From NCBI RefSeq assembly GCF_006345805.1, contig NC_043015.1:49724001-49788000 (forward strand): a DNA stretch of 64,000 nt, in the 5' to 3' direction. This document shows, piece by piece, positions 23,864-36,744 of the stretch (positions are counted from its first letter, which is position 1; every line of letters starts with the position of its first letter). The DNA is from Octopus sinensis (Eukaryota). A program made the translations under genes and the position numbers. The notes below the pieces were generated by a model. It was not told the origin of the DNA and did not search any database. It saw nothing but the letters and a program-made list of their open reading frames with translations.

Positions 23864-24236
23864 TTAGTAGTAGCAGCAGTAGCAGCAACAGGAGAGACAG
23901 CAACAGCAGCAGCAGCGGTGACAATGACAGAAGTAGCAGAGATAGCTTTCGTTAACAATGCTACAGAATTTAGCGGAAAAAATAATGCTACAGCTGAAGA
24001 CAGGGTGGAGGGGAAATTGCGGTGGCGGTGGCGGCGGTGGTGAGAGTGGCAACTGTGAAAGTGGTCACAACTCCACCGCCACCACCAACAGCAACAGCAA
24101 TAGCACTAACAACAATAGCAGCAACGACGACAAGAACAAGGACAAAAATAATGACAAAAATAAAAGGTTTGCTGATGTAGCGAACACAAAGAGAGAAATG
24201 CTTGCCATTGCACTCGATGGCAAAAACACGTGAACA

Positions 24237-24776
24237 CTGAAAAGCAAAAGACATCATTAAGGTTGCGTCAGCGCCTTCTTTTAGCCAGGAAAGAAAAGCA
24301 GATTTTGCTGTGTCTGGTGGCTACGGCGGAAGAGGTAGACACTTTCGTCTTTGGCCGAGCCCTCATCGACTTTTTTGAAGTTCCGCTTGAAAAGGAAAGT
24401 GCGGGTAGAGAGGGAAGTACTGCTACCCAGGAAGTTTCTTGAAAGGTGAGTGAATGTTGCGAAAATGGCTCGTGTGAATGGACCTACTCTGAATATTCGT
24501 CTCTAAGCCGAAGCAGTTGAGGGAAAGATGGGTGCCCACTCGGTGGTGTTCCCTTGGCAGTCGGGGTAACCAGGATGTGTGGGTTACCCAGATTGATCCT
24601 AGGTGGAACTCTCCCCTACCGGGGAAATATTTTGTTCGTTTTTTTGTTGTTTTGTTAACTGTTTTTGTTTTTTTTTAATTATTCACACGTTTTCTGCTTT
24701 AGATCCCACTTGTTCCTTGTTTTGTTATTGTCCCAATCTGTTTTTGTGGTTGGCACTTGTGGCCAATAAAGAAAGG

Positions 24777-24778
<2 letters not shown>
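24237..24778 (+). mobile_element. 5'-truncated Tx1-like LINE, second subfamily
   Basis: Frameshifted translation LKAKDIIKVASAPSF..ILLCLVATAEEVDTFVFGRALIDFF..RLKRKVRVEREVL..VNVAKMARVNGPTLNIRL* is homologous to the ORF2 C-terminus at 30580-30876; different 3' UTR but the same terminal cttgtggccaataaagaaa, then (att)n. Confidence 0.85.
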
Positions 24779-24810
<32 letters not shown>

Positions 24811-24850
24811 TATTATTATTATCATTATCATTATTATTATTATTATTGAG

Positions 24851-25286
24851 TGAGAGAGCAGTTCATGTCATCAAAGTGACACTGGGGTAAAATATACGAA
24901 GCCCAGTATACCCATCATGACTACCCGTCTGATAAGGGTACACCAGGCACATGCATCACAACCATATGTGCGCGACATGGTGATCTCATATCAAGATAAA
25001 CAGCACATGACCTTGCAGGTGGAGCCCAGTTAGAATTTTCTTCAGGTTGAGTATCCCATCCCGCTCAAAAGGTCCCTGAATAAGGGTTGTTTAAGGATGT
25101 TGAAAGAACCACCCATGTTTCCAGAGGTGAATTATTCAAACCCCAAAGAATCCCTCAACACATGGCTATGATGCTCCTCCACTACTTCTGCTCGTGATCA
25201 GAGATGCACATATCGTCAGCCACTAAGGGACATGCTCAACTGGTTAAGGTCAAGCAACTGACAAGCAAATCTGTGGTATTGAGCAG
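24851..25286 (+). mobile_element. Unclassified interspersed repeat X (possible LINE 3' UTR, candidate R4/Dong)
   Basis: Reverse complement matches 63610-64000; bounded by (att)n on both sides. Clade assignment is inference from the AAT-repeat context only. Confidence 0.7.
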
Positions 25287-25529
25287 TATTATTATTATTA
25301 TTATTATTATCCTTCCGACGCCGATGGACGTACGTGAATCAGCTCCGTGATTTTGACACCAATTTCATTGGAAATCTATTGATAGGTTTGAATATTTTTT
25401 AATATTTTTGTAGCCAAACCGACCGGCTTCTTGCGGAGCTCGTCGGTTGGGCGAAATTTTGCCCCATTCGGGGTGAAATTACTGTCTATCCTTTTGAAAT
25501 TGACATTTTTTGCACACACACATTACAAA

Positions 25530-26561
25530 ATGGCATTGAAACGAGCTGCTGGCTCTTCCCTCCTTCTTGCAACACCCCCCCCCCCCCCCACAAGAACAAA
25601 AAAAAATAACGTCACGGGTTACGAACAACCCATTTCAGGCCGTAAAAGGCAACAGAGCTCCTCCTTCCGAACCGGAGAGCACGCGCTCGGTTCAAAAGGA
25701 GAATGCAAGCCAGGACGTCGCGTTCGACGTAATTCTCGATTTTCCCCCTCTGCCTTCACCCAATGCTTTGGTACGGAAGGAGGAGGAAAAAAAACATTAC
25801 AAAAATCATCACAAACATTGACACGAGAAAAAAGAAAAAACTTCCAACAATTTTGCTTCTGCTGCGAAGCAAATTTCGGAGGAAGTTAAGATAACTCTAG
25901 AAGATGTGAAAAGAGCGAAGGAGTTGTTGAGGAAGGATGGCAATGGCATCTTCCTCAATACTCCACAAGAGGGATTGAAAGCACCAACAAAGACAATAAT
26001 TTACAAAGTTTTCGACAGAAAACTAAAAAGAATAACAAATGCCACACCCCAACATTGGAGATAGCTCTAAAGCCCATTTGGGCCCAAAAGAGCTACGTAA
26101 CCAAGGGGAAGCGTTTTGGAACCGTGGAGGTTCGCTTCCCAACAGAGGAGCTTGCAAGGGCGAACGCCATTTCGCCCTTGCAAACTGAGATTTGTTACTA
26201 GTTCCGACCCACCTCGGGCGAAGAGTAACAAAAATAAAATCGACCTCGCCCCCCCTGAGCTAGATATGTCATGGCTGGTGGCAGCTGTCCTCTATGATAT
26301 AGAGGACACTACCACCATTCTAGATGTCAGGAGAGTGAGGGCGAAAAACTGGTTGGGGATGGGAGTGCTGCTTCTTGCGCAAATTCAGCAAGAGAAATAT
26401 AAGTAAAGTCCCTGATTTCGTAAGTTTGCCGGACGGCACCAGGCTAAACGTTGCTGTGGAGGGGCGAAAGCCAAAATGTTTCCTCTGCAGCAGCGAAAGC
26501 CACTTAAAGAGGGACTGTCCCATTCACAAAAAGAGGATGGAGGCTTTCAGCAAGAGGCAGC

Positions 26562-26597
<36 letters not shown>

Positions 26598-27406
26598 CAA
26601 CAACAACAACAGAACAACAAAAAAACAGCAAGAAACCCAAAGGCTGCCACACCACCAACACCATCACCAACACCAGCACCAAGACGACCACACCACCACT
26701 CCAACAACAACAACCACCACCAACCAACACCGACAACCACCACAACAACAACACCGACACCAGTACCTCGAAGGTCGACAGCAGCGACATCAACAGTAAC
26801 AGGAGCAGCGGCACCACCGATACCGGCGGAACCAAAAACTTTTCGTCCTGCTACTGAAGCAGACCCCTCAACCATTCCTTTGCCGGATGAAGAGATCTCG
26901 GATTGTGCGAGCTCTGATTCCAACAAAGGAGAATGGAACATAGTGCCTCCAAAAAGAAAAGGAGGAAAAACAAAAAGATTTACAGGGGAAACACGAACAA
27001 ATAGTACTTCCCAACAACAACAACATCAACACACACACACTCACAACAACACAACAACAACAAAACACTTTCGACACCACTACTACTGCACTACCACAGA
27101 CACAAACAAACACAGCCACAATTACAGACACGATTACAGCAGTAAATACAAGAAACCAGGAACTGGTTGAGTATTTGAAAAACAAAACAAGCACAAACAT
27201 TAACGATTTCATAATACCTACACACAACACACCACCAGCACACATTCTCACAATAAATAAACAAAACAGTTTACAACGAAATAAAACAAATATTCCCTAA
27301 CGATGTGGGATCGTTAGGGAAAAGTTTCTCTCAGAAACTTTACAAAAATATTATTGAAGCACCCGTGCAAAAGCACAGGGAGCCACCCCCACCACCAACA
27401 CAGTAA
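25530..27406 (+). pseudogene. Tx1 ORF1 (gag-like nucleic-acid binding protein), frameshifted
   Basis: Starts MALKRAAGSS; RRM-like KRFGTVEVRFPTEELAR; VAVEGRKPK-CFLCSSESHLKRDC (CX2CX4HX4C); N/T/H-rich low-complexity C-terminal third; several frameshifts and stops. End point approximate. Confidence 0.8.
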
Positions 27407-27451
27407 GTAGAGCTTTTTTTCTCCTTTTTTTTTCCCCCTAACTTTTGAAAC

Positions 27452-30400
27452 ATGGCAAATCTTAGAATCGGTTGCTTGAATGTGAGAGGCCTCGGGTCAC
27501 CTTGGAAACAGGGTCACCTGTTAAACGACCTGAGGTTTCATGATGTGGATGTAGCAGCCATCAGTGAAACCAGGCTCTCCGACCCGCAGGAACTCGCAGC
27601 CCTTTTCGGCGGATACGAGATATTTCTATCTCCGTGTCGGCCGGGAGCGGGCGGTGGTGGTACTGCGGTGTTGTTTCGGAAGGGCCTGGACCTGAAAATA
27701 AGGACAGTCTTCTTGGATCCGGAAGGTAAGTTGGTGGTCCTCGACGTCGACGGTAGTGACGGCGGTGCTTTCAGACTGCTGGCTGCCTACGCTCCGACAG
27801 GAGCAGGGCAGTCGGATTATTTCAAACGTCTGGAAGTTTTCCTGGGAACGTCACGCACTCTAGTACTAGTTGGGGATTGGAACGCTGTCTTAGACGAACG
27901 TTTCGATCGGGTGGGCAGGGGAGCGTCTGATAGGAGAGGGGGAGGGTGCAAGAGCCTCGCCAACCTACTCGGCCGCTTTCAGCTGTCCGACAGGTTTCGA
28001 CTAGACAACCCGAATGTGCCAATGTGGACTTGGACAACCGCATCGGGTCGTCTAGATCGTACTTAGATAGAGTGTTTTGTAGGCCAGCGGATAGGACAGG
28101 GTAGGGTGTCCACAATTCCACCTAGTCGAATATACGGACCACAAATTAGTGATCTGTACGGTCGACTTAGATAGGCTACATAGACAGGGACCCGGCTACT
28201 GGAAGCTGAACGCGTCGTTAACGGCGTGCAAAGCTTACAGAGACCGGATTAGTTTACTAGTTAAGCGGGCGCTCACGGGGGCAATCATCAACAACAACTG
28301 GTGGTTTGCCCTCAAGAGAGCAATTAGAGTAGAGTCGATTAGGTATAGTAAGACTCTAGCTATTGAACGTAGGAAGAGAGAGCGGGATTTAGTTAAGAAA
28401 CTAGACGAGGCTCTTGACACTGGCATCGCGACCGACGTGTTGGCAGCAAGGTTGGCCCTCGACCAACACTTCGACGCCAAACACGAAGGCTGCGTTGTCA
28501 GAGCTAAGCACGTTCGCTAAGCGGGGAGGGGACTAGAGCCGCTCGATGGGCCCGCGTGGCGGAGGCGAAGCGAGGCAACAGAGCAACCATTCGGTCTTTG
28601 GTGGACCAGAACGGGCGCGAGGTTACCCAACCGAAGCAGATGTGTACGGTGCTTCAGCGGCACTTTGCTCAACTATTTGGGACGAGCGGTGGAACGGACA
28701 CCAACGGTACAGACTTCGGTGTGTACCTGGACGGACTGCCGCAACTCTCGGACAGCGAGGCAGAGTGCTGCGAAGGACCGATATCTGCCTGGGAAGTACA
28801 GGAAGCGATGAAGAGTTGCACGAGAGGTAGATCGCCGGGTTTGGATGGTCTGCCCTACGAGCTTTACTTTTCAATGCCAGACTTGTTTGCGGACCTGTTG
28901 GCAAACGTCTACTGCAACTGGCAGCAAAACGGGAGAATTCCTGCTTTTCTGTCGAGGGGTGGTGGCTTTGCTAAAGAAGGACCCAAACAAGGGGGCCGTT
29001 ATAGGGAATTTCCGGCCCATCACTCTGCTCAATGCAGAGTTGAAGATTTTGGCCAAGGTGCTAGCCAAGAGATTGGCGCTTGTCGTGGACAAGCTGGTCG
29101 GCGAGACGCAGACATGCGCCGTGCCGACCAGGTCGATACACGACAACCTCCATCTCATGCGCTACATCATAGAGAGGGTGGGTAACGACGCTGGCGCGGT
29201 GGCTTTGATCAACTTGGATCAGAGTAAAGCCTTCGATAGGGTCGACCATCGGTACCTGGCAGCTGTCCTCAAGGCAGCCGGCTTCGGTCCAGTCTTCCGC
29301 GCGGTGGATCGCTGCTTTATACAGCAACATCTGCTCAGTGATACGGGTGAACGGTCACCTTTCGGAACCGTTCGACATCTCGCGTTCGGTCCGCCAAGGA
29401 TGCCCTCTCTCCTCCCTCTTATACATTTTGACTCTCGAGCCATTACTGCGCAAGTTGGAGGCTTTGAGGGGTATCCCGCGCGATCTAGGAGGCGGAAACA
29501 GCGTGTCTGCTTATGCCGACGACGTCACCGTGGTGGTGTCGAGCCACAGGCACATTGGCCTGATTGGCGAGACGCTAAACCAGTACGAAGCGGTGACAGG
29601 GGCAAAGATTAACGCGGAAAAGTCTGTGGGCTTGCAACTGGGCACCTGGAGAGGCAAGCCCATGCCGTCCAACAGCGTCGTAGGGCGCTGGACAGACGGA
29701 CCCGTTAAACTGCTCGGGGTCTGGTTCGGTCCGGACCTCCAGGTGGATAAGAACTGGAAGAGGTGACGAGCAGGGTGGCACGTCTCACCCAGAAATGGGC
29801 CGAGAGGAAGCTGTCCTGAAAGGTCGAGCGGAGGTGGCGAATGCGTACATCGCATCCGTCATCTATTACCGCTTGACCGTCGTCCCTTGTCCCGACCGCT
29901 GGTTGGCCAAGCTGGTACGCCTGCTCTTCGACTTTTTTGGAAGGGTCAGGTGCCACTGGTCAGGCGATCCATCTGCTGTCAACGACCGCTGAACGGAGGC
30001 CTTGGAATGCCGTGGTTACTGTTGCGCAGACATGCGCTCAGGCTGCGGCATCTCAAGCGCTTCCTAGACGGTGAACAGGTGTGGTCGTCTTTTGTCAGAC
30101 GCGATTTTCCGCAGCTCGTCTCTTTGACGGAACTGCAGACCTGGATCAAACGTAGACCGAGAAAGGGCGCTTGGCACCTCGAGTGCCGTCAAGCCCTCTC
30201 CGCCCTCCGCCAGGCGGGCAATGCGGTCGGTTACAGCTCCGCTCTAGCGTTCTATAGAGGGTTAGTGGAGGAAAATGCGACGACGTTCTCGGGGAAACTC
30301 TAGGCGTTGAAGATGACGAACTGTGCGGTCTGTTCGGGAGGACTTTCGGGCCGGGGCCGATGGATAATTTCCAGAGGTCTCTCGCTTGGCAGTGCTACCG

Positions 30401-30876
30401 AGGGGCTCTGCCTGTTCGAGATAAACTCTAACCGGCACGGAAGTGCCGTCAGCCGGGCCTGCCCGAGGTGTTGCCAGGACGACGAAACCGTTCTGCACGC
30501 ACTCGTCCAGTGCCCGAGTATTGCTGAAATATGGGTTTATGTCGAACAGCTACTGTCACGTGTAGGACGGATCCGACTATCGGCCGAATCCATAGTGAAG
30601 ATTGCCCCGCCGACCTCCTTTAACAAGGAGGGCGAGGCCGTTTTCTTGTGCCTAGTGGCTGTGGCGAAAGAGGTCGTGTGGTGGACTCGTTTGAAAGGGC
30701 TAAAGACAGACACTTTCCTCTTTGGTCAAGGCCTCATCAACTTTTTCAAGTTTCACTTGAAAAGGAAGATGAGGTTAGAGAGGAAAGTGCTGTCCGATAG
30801 CAAGTTTTATGAAAGGTGGGTGAATTGTGCGAGACTGGCCTGAATAAATGGACCAGTTCTCAGGTTTCGCCTGTGA
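27452..30876 (+). pseudogene. Tx1 ORF2: AP endonuclease, reverse transcriptase and C-terminal zinc finger; ~10 frameshifts
   Basis: APE motifs CLNVRGL, AISETRL, VGDWNAVLD, SYLDRVF, YTDHKLV; RT motifs SPGLDGLPYE, NFRPITLLNAELKILAKVLAKRL, LDQSKAFDRVDH, VRQGCPLS, AYADDVTV, LLGVWF; CPRCCQDDETVLHALVQCP. TGA at 30841 is premature because the 8740 copy reads AGC there. Confidence 0.93.
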
Positions 30877-31155
30877 TTTCAAAAAGGTAATACAAAAGGA
30901 GAAGAAAGGGGACTCTATACACCCCTTTTTTTTTGACCAGGCTCCCGTTGGCTTTTGTAGGGTTTTTTCCACCAGGAACCTTTCGAAACGTCTCCCCCTT
31001 TTGGGAGTTTTTCATTGTTGAATTTTATAAGTTGTTATAAAGATTTTTACTCGATGTTTTTAAAAAAACGGCAAAACCCTTTGTAACCTTTCGTCCTGTC
31101 TTGTCCCTTTATGTAATCATGCGTGTCAGCCCTTGTGGCCAATAAAAAAGAATTG

Positions 31156-31193
<38 letters not shown>

Positions 31194-31581
31194 CATTATT
31201 ATTATTATTATCATTTATATTGCACTTAAATATATTTGTACCTGAGAAAGACGAGAACACAAACGGAATTGAGGGAAGGAGACGGAAAACAAGACAAACG
31301 GCGTCCCGACGGGTATTTTTTTTTCATGGTGTTTATGAGTTATTATATGTTGTTGTTATTGTTATTGGTGGCTGTTGTTTTTGTTATTGGTAGTTGTTGT
31401 TTAGCTGTTGAACCAAATGACCAGCGTCCCCCTGCTGTGAACTCCGATATAAAATATTCCAGCGAAAATATCAAAAGAATTCTTTAATGTTATGCAGTCT
31501 GTGATTTTGGGGGAAAAAAACTAGAAAAAACAAAAATAGTAATAAACTAAAAACACTCATATAAAACACGAAGAATCGCTT

Positions 31582-31585
31582 CTAA

Positions 31586-31624
<39 letters not shown>

Positions 31625-32260
31625 GTTACGTGGTCAAGGAATTTGATGTATGTCTTATATGTGTGTATATGTGTGTATATGCATGTCTGTAATATGTGGG
31701 TTTGCGTTTGCGCGCGTATGTGTATGTGTTCGTGTGTGCGTGTACATGCGTGTGTATATGTAGGTGTTTGTGTGCGCGCGTGCGTGTATACGTGTGTGTG
31801 TTTGTGTGTGCATGTGTGTGTGTATGCTTGTGTGTGCGTGTACGTGTGTGTATGTCTGTGTGTGTGTGCGCGTGTATGCGTGTAGGTGTATGTATGTCTG
31901 TGTTTGCTCACGTGTGTGTGTGTGCTTGTGTGTGTGTGTGCGTGTGCGTGTGCGTGTGTGTGTATGTCTGTGTGTGCGCATGTGTGTGTGTATGTGTCTG
32001 CGCGTGTGTGCGTATACATGTGTGTATGTCAATGTGTGCGCGCGCGCGTATGTATATGTCTGTCTGTGTGCGCACGTGTATGTGTGTGTGCATGTGTGTG
32101 CGCTTGTGTGTACATGTGCGTGTGCGTGTGTGTGTGTGTGTACTTGTGTGTGCGCATGCGTGTGTATGTGCGTCAATGTCTATGTGTGAGTGAGTGTACG
32201 CGTGTGTATATGTGTGTGTGAATGTGTTTGTGTGCTTGTGTGTGCTTCTCTGTGTGTGTG
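31582..32260. repeat. Degenerate (TG/CG/TA)n alternating purine-pyrimidine tract
   Basis: Direct inspection. Confidence 0.95.
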
Positions 32261-32939
32261 TATATGGGGGTTGTCTGTGTGTTTGTCTCGCTGCTTCACA
32301 GCTAGCACTGGTGTTTTTTTCTTTTTTACTTCCTGGTAACTTAGACGTTCAGCAAAATACACCGATAGAATAAGTACCAAACTTTACAATAAATAAATAA
32401 ATATAATAAATAAATATAATAAAAAAATATATAAATAAAGTGCCAGTGTCGATTTATTGCACGAAACCCCATCAAGGTGGTGCTCCAGCATGGCCGCAAT
32501 CCAGCGACGACAAACAAGTAAAGAGTGGAAGACAGAAGATAAAAGACTGATAAAATCTCATTATTTTACGCAACCGATGTCTCAAACTGCAATTCTTCGC
32601 TTGAAATCCGTTTCCTGTGTGTTTGTGTCTAGAGCGGTTCCTCCTCTCTTTCATCATTCGTATCGCCATGGCAACATAGCTTTGTAGTTTACATCGCGCG
32701 TAACAGTAATCCGTTCTTGGAAAAATATATATAATCCATGGGATTATATATATATAATCCGCAGGGAGCACTTCGCTAAACTTGTATCTTTTATCGATTA
32801 TCTTTTCCTGGTTCCTTGTCACCGGACTGTGGCCATGCTGGGGCAAAAACTTAGAAGGTTTTAGTCGAATAAACCAACACCTGGAGTGGCTGTGTGGCAA
32901 GTAGTTTGCTTACCAACCACATGGTTCCGGGTTCAGAGT

Positions 32940-34570
32940 CTCCCGCCTCCCTTTTCCCCTCACTTACCACCCCACGACCCTACGTCTCCAACGCACCATT
33001 CTTCGAGCTTTCCGTCATCTCCAGTCCGACCCGTCCACTTCACACCTCTTCCCTAACCGACCCCTCCCCACTTTCAAACGAGCCCACAACCTTCGAGACC
33101 TTTTGGTCCATAGCTCCTTCCCTGACCCTACCTCCCAACCCGGCTCGTTCCCCTGCTCCCGCCCACGTTGCCGCACTTGCCCTTACCTCTCCAACACCAC
33201 CCGCCTCACTAGCACCCACCATCGACCCTATCCCATCATCCACTCCTTCACCTGCACCTCCAGCAATATTATCTATTGCATCTCTTGCTCTCTCTCTGCA
33301 ATTCCTTGTACATCGGACAAACGGGACGCCGCTTGGCTGACCGGTTCGCGGAACACCTTCGTGACATCCACCTTGCGAACGACACACCGGTCTCACGCCA
33401 TTTCCGCTCCACCGGTCACTCCTTGCAACACCTATCTGTGTTCGGTTTGTCCTTACACAGAGGCCATCCGGATTCCCGTTTGCGCCGTGAACAGGAATTA
33501 ATCTTCTCTCTTCGCTCTTATACGCCATTTGGTCTCAACTCTCCCCCCCCTCCTCATCTAACCTCACCCCCTCCTCACCTATCCTTTCTCCCCCGACCCC
33601 TACTTCTTCAGTCCTTCATCCTTTCACCCCTACTCCCCTTCCCTTCTTCCTCTTTCTCCTCCCCTTTCCCCTTCCCTCTGCTCCCTCACTCCCTCTCTCC
33701 CCTTCTCTCTCCCCCTCTCCCTCTTTCCTCCTTCATCCCCCTCATCCCCTTCCTTCTCCCCCATCCTCTCCTCTCCCCCCTTCTCCTCCCCCTCTTCTTC
33801 CCCTCCCCTTCTCTCCCCCTCTTCTCCCCTCCCCCTCTTCTCCCCCTCCCCCTCTTCTCCCCCTCCCCCTCTTCTCCTCACTACACCACATGACTTTACA
33901 CATCACATCACATATGATGTGCCATACTAATACACACACCAACTAATACATACTAATACGTACTAATACATACTAGTACATACTAATACTTACACCAACC
34001 CTATACATACACACGTCCAGACCCCGCATACGCACTTATACTCTCTCTCACACACACACACACACCTATACATACCAATACGTACTAATACATACTAATA
34101 CATACTAATACATACACCAACCCCATACATACGCACGTCCAGACCAATCTTACGCACTAATACTCTCTCATACACACACACACACACACACACACCCCTA
34201 TATACATACTAATACATACACCAACCCTATACATAACAAATCCAGACCCCTCCCACGCACTTTTAGCTGGTCCCTCAACCCTTTTATCAACCCTATTATC
34301 TCCCCTTATTCGCTCTCGCGTCTCATGTTTGATCTTTGACCTCTGCCGAAATCAGATCGCCATGTTGATTCGTTAGCTACTGCACGCATTTTTTTTCTCT
34401 CCTTCTTTCTGTGTTTTTCTCTCTGTGTATCTTTCTGTTGAAGAGCGTAGGCTCGAAACGTTAAAGACTTGTTTTATTTATATTTCCTGAGCGCCATACT
34501 AATACAATTGTTCGTTTGTTTTCCACCTGCCTTCGTCTTTTGTTTATTTTCATAAAGCTTCCCGTTCATA
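32940..34570 (+). mobile_element. Penelope-like element 3' remnant (GIY-YIG C-terminus, low-complexity spacer, hammerhead)
   Basis: Translation FPLTYHPTTLRLQRTILRAFRHLQSDP..FKRAHNLRDLLVHSS..CSRPRCRTCPY..FTCTSSNIIYCISC.LCNSLYIGQTGRRLADRFAEHLRDI..PVSRHF..EQELIFSLRSYTPFGLN (32940-33545); ends at (TA)n. Confidence 0.88.
34430..34467 (+). ncRNA. Minimal type I hammerhead ribozyme motif (A6U core variant)
   Basis: UCUUU-CUGUUGA-A-GAGC(GUAG)GCUC-GAAAC-GUU-AAAGA: stem I, stem II and palindromic ACGU stem III, downstream of a Penelope EN as expected. Confidence 0.65.
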
Positions 34571-34599
34571 TATATATAATATATAATATATATATATAA

Positions 34600-34685
<86 letters not shown>

Positions 34686-35077
34686 TATACATATAAATAT
34701 ATATACATATATATAGATATATATATATAATATATTATTATATATAATTATATATATACCATATTAATAATATAGATATATATATATATATACACCACAC
34801 ACCGAGCATAGATATGTGCACAAATGCATTCTTGTACACATACATATAAGTATACATATATACACACACAGTACGTAGGTGTATAGATATATACATATAT
34901 CATACTATATCATATCATATATCACAGGTTGCAAAAAATTCGATGACGTAATCATAGAAAACCACAGTTATCCAACAGTTTAAAATTGGTAAATTTTGCA
35001 TTTCAAGAAAGCCGCTAAGAATCTCCGAAGTTCAACAGCGGCACTGATTCCAGAAGAATCTGGAAAGCACGAAAGAA

Positions 35078-35157
<80 letters not shown>

Positions 35158-35911
35158 AAAAGAAAGAAAGAGAGAACGATAAAAAGAAAAGAAAGCAAGA
35201 ATGAATGAAAGGATGGTAAGCGGGTGGTGGTGATGTTGGAGGGGTGGAATGATACATTTTCGAAAGAATTTTCGCAGAAAGTTAAAATCATACATAGTTG
35301 TCATTTCTTCGCTTTCTGCTTCTATTAATTCAATCCCAGCCTGCAATGAACGCGACAAAGGATTTTGTTCCAAATTGAATTTTCTTTTCGCTTCTTATCA
35401 CTGGTTTTGTGATAATCGTATTACAAACTGGTAGGAACATAGCAACGACTGTTTCCCCACCAGTACAAAAAAAAAAAAAAAAAATCTACACGTATTTTTA
35501 TAGATTTTGTAATGCATATTATGTATAAATAACGATGCGTATGACTGTGTGTGTGTGTCTGTGAAAAACGTTGAATGAGCGAGTTAAGTGTACGTATGTA
35601 AGCTAGCGCATTTGTACGTACGTACGTACGTACGCCTGATATGCGAAACATACTTTTACGAAATTACACAGCAGCTATCATGCATACATGTGTGCATGCG
35701 TGGCTACATGTTTGTTTTTACTTTATGTATTTAATTTACGCGCATACATGTGTGAACAAATACGCAGATACGTGAAAATAAATGGATTTAAGTGCTTGCG
35801 TGCACGCGCCTGCGCCTGCGTCTGTGGATGTAATTGCGTGCATATGCAGTTTAGTCCACCTCTCTCTCTCTTTCTATCTCTCTCTCTCTCTTATACATAT
35901 ATATTATATGG

Positions 35912-35942
<31 letters not shown>

Positions 35943-35993
35943 AATATGTACAACATATATATATATATATATATATGAAAATATACATACATA

Positions 35994-36036
<43 letters not shown>

Positions 36037-36157
36037 TAAAATAAATATATGCATATAAAAATACATATATGTACATACCTACATATAATGTATATATATA
36101 CCTAGCTATATTAAAGTATAGATTATACATATATACGCATATATGAATATTTATACT

Positions 36158-36207
<50 letters not shown>

Positions 36208-36744
36208 CATAGACACACGCATACACATACACACACATATATATATATGTGTGTATATATATCTATATAAATGTGTGTGTGTGTGCACGCACGCCTGCTA
36301 CTGTTCTTATGCGTAAGTTTGCCAAGAAAAACAATAAAAAAAAAGAAAAGAAAAGATAGAAAATAAAGTCCAACATGTCCTTATGTTTGCAGTTTATATC
36401 ATAATAGCTTCTTGATCGGATTTTTGTTCTTTAGTAGCTAAACTGCACATGTTCACTTACATGGTTGATGCCCTTCACAAACGTTTGAATGACACACACA
36501 ATCTCATTTGCCACTCCACCGTCTCCCTTCTATCGCGAACCTGATGCATACATCTACGTCTACCATGTTCGAAAGAGTTTATTATTGCGTCGCCGTGGCT
36601 GATTCCGACTGAGTGCTGAAGCTATGCAAAAGTGCTAACTGGTCAAATGCCAAAATTCCACGACATACAACCGTACCTACATGCATACATAAATACATAC
36701 ATACACACATACATACACACAGACACACACACACATACTCACAC

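Larger units (their letters stand above)
25311..31155 (+). mobile_element. Near full-length Tx1-like (L1 clade) non-LTR retrotransposon
   Basis: ~220 nt 5' UTR, ORF1 with CCHC knuckle, APE-RT-zinc finger ORF2, ~280 nt 3' UTR; (tat)8 at 25287-25310 and (att)n from 31156. Confidence 0.93.
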
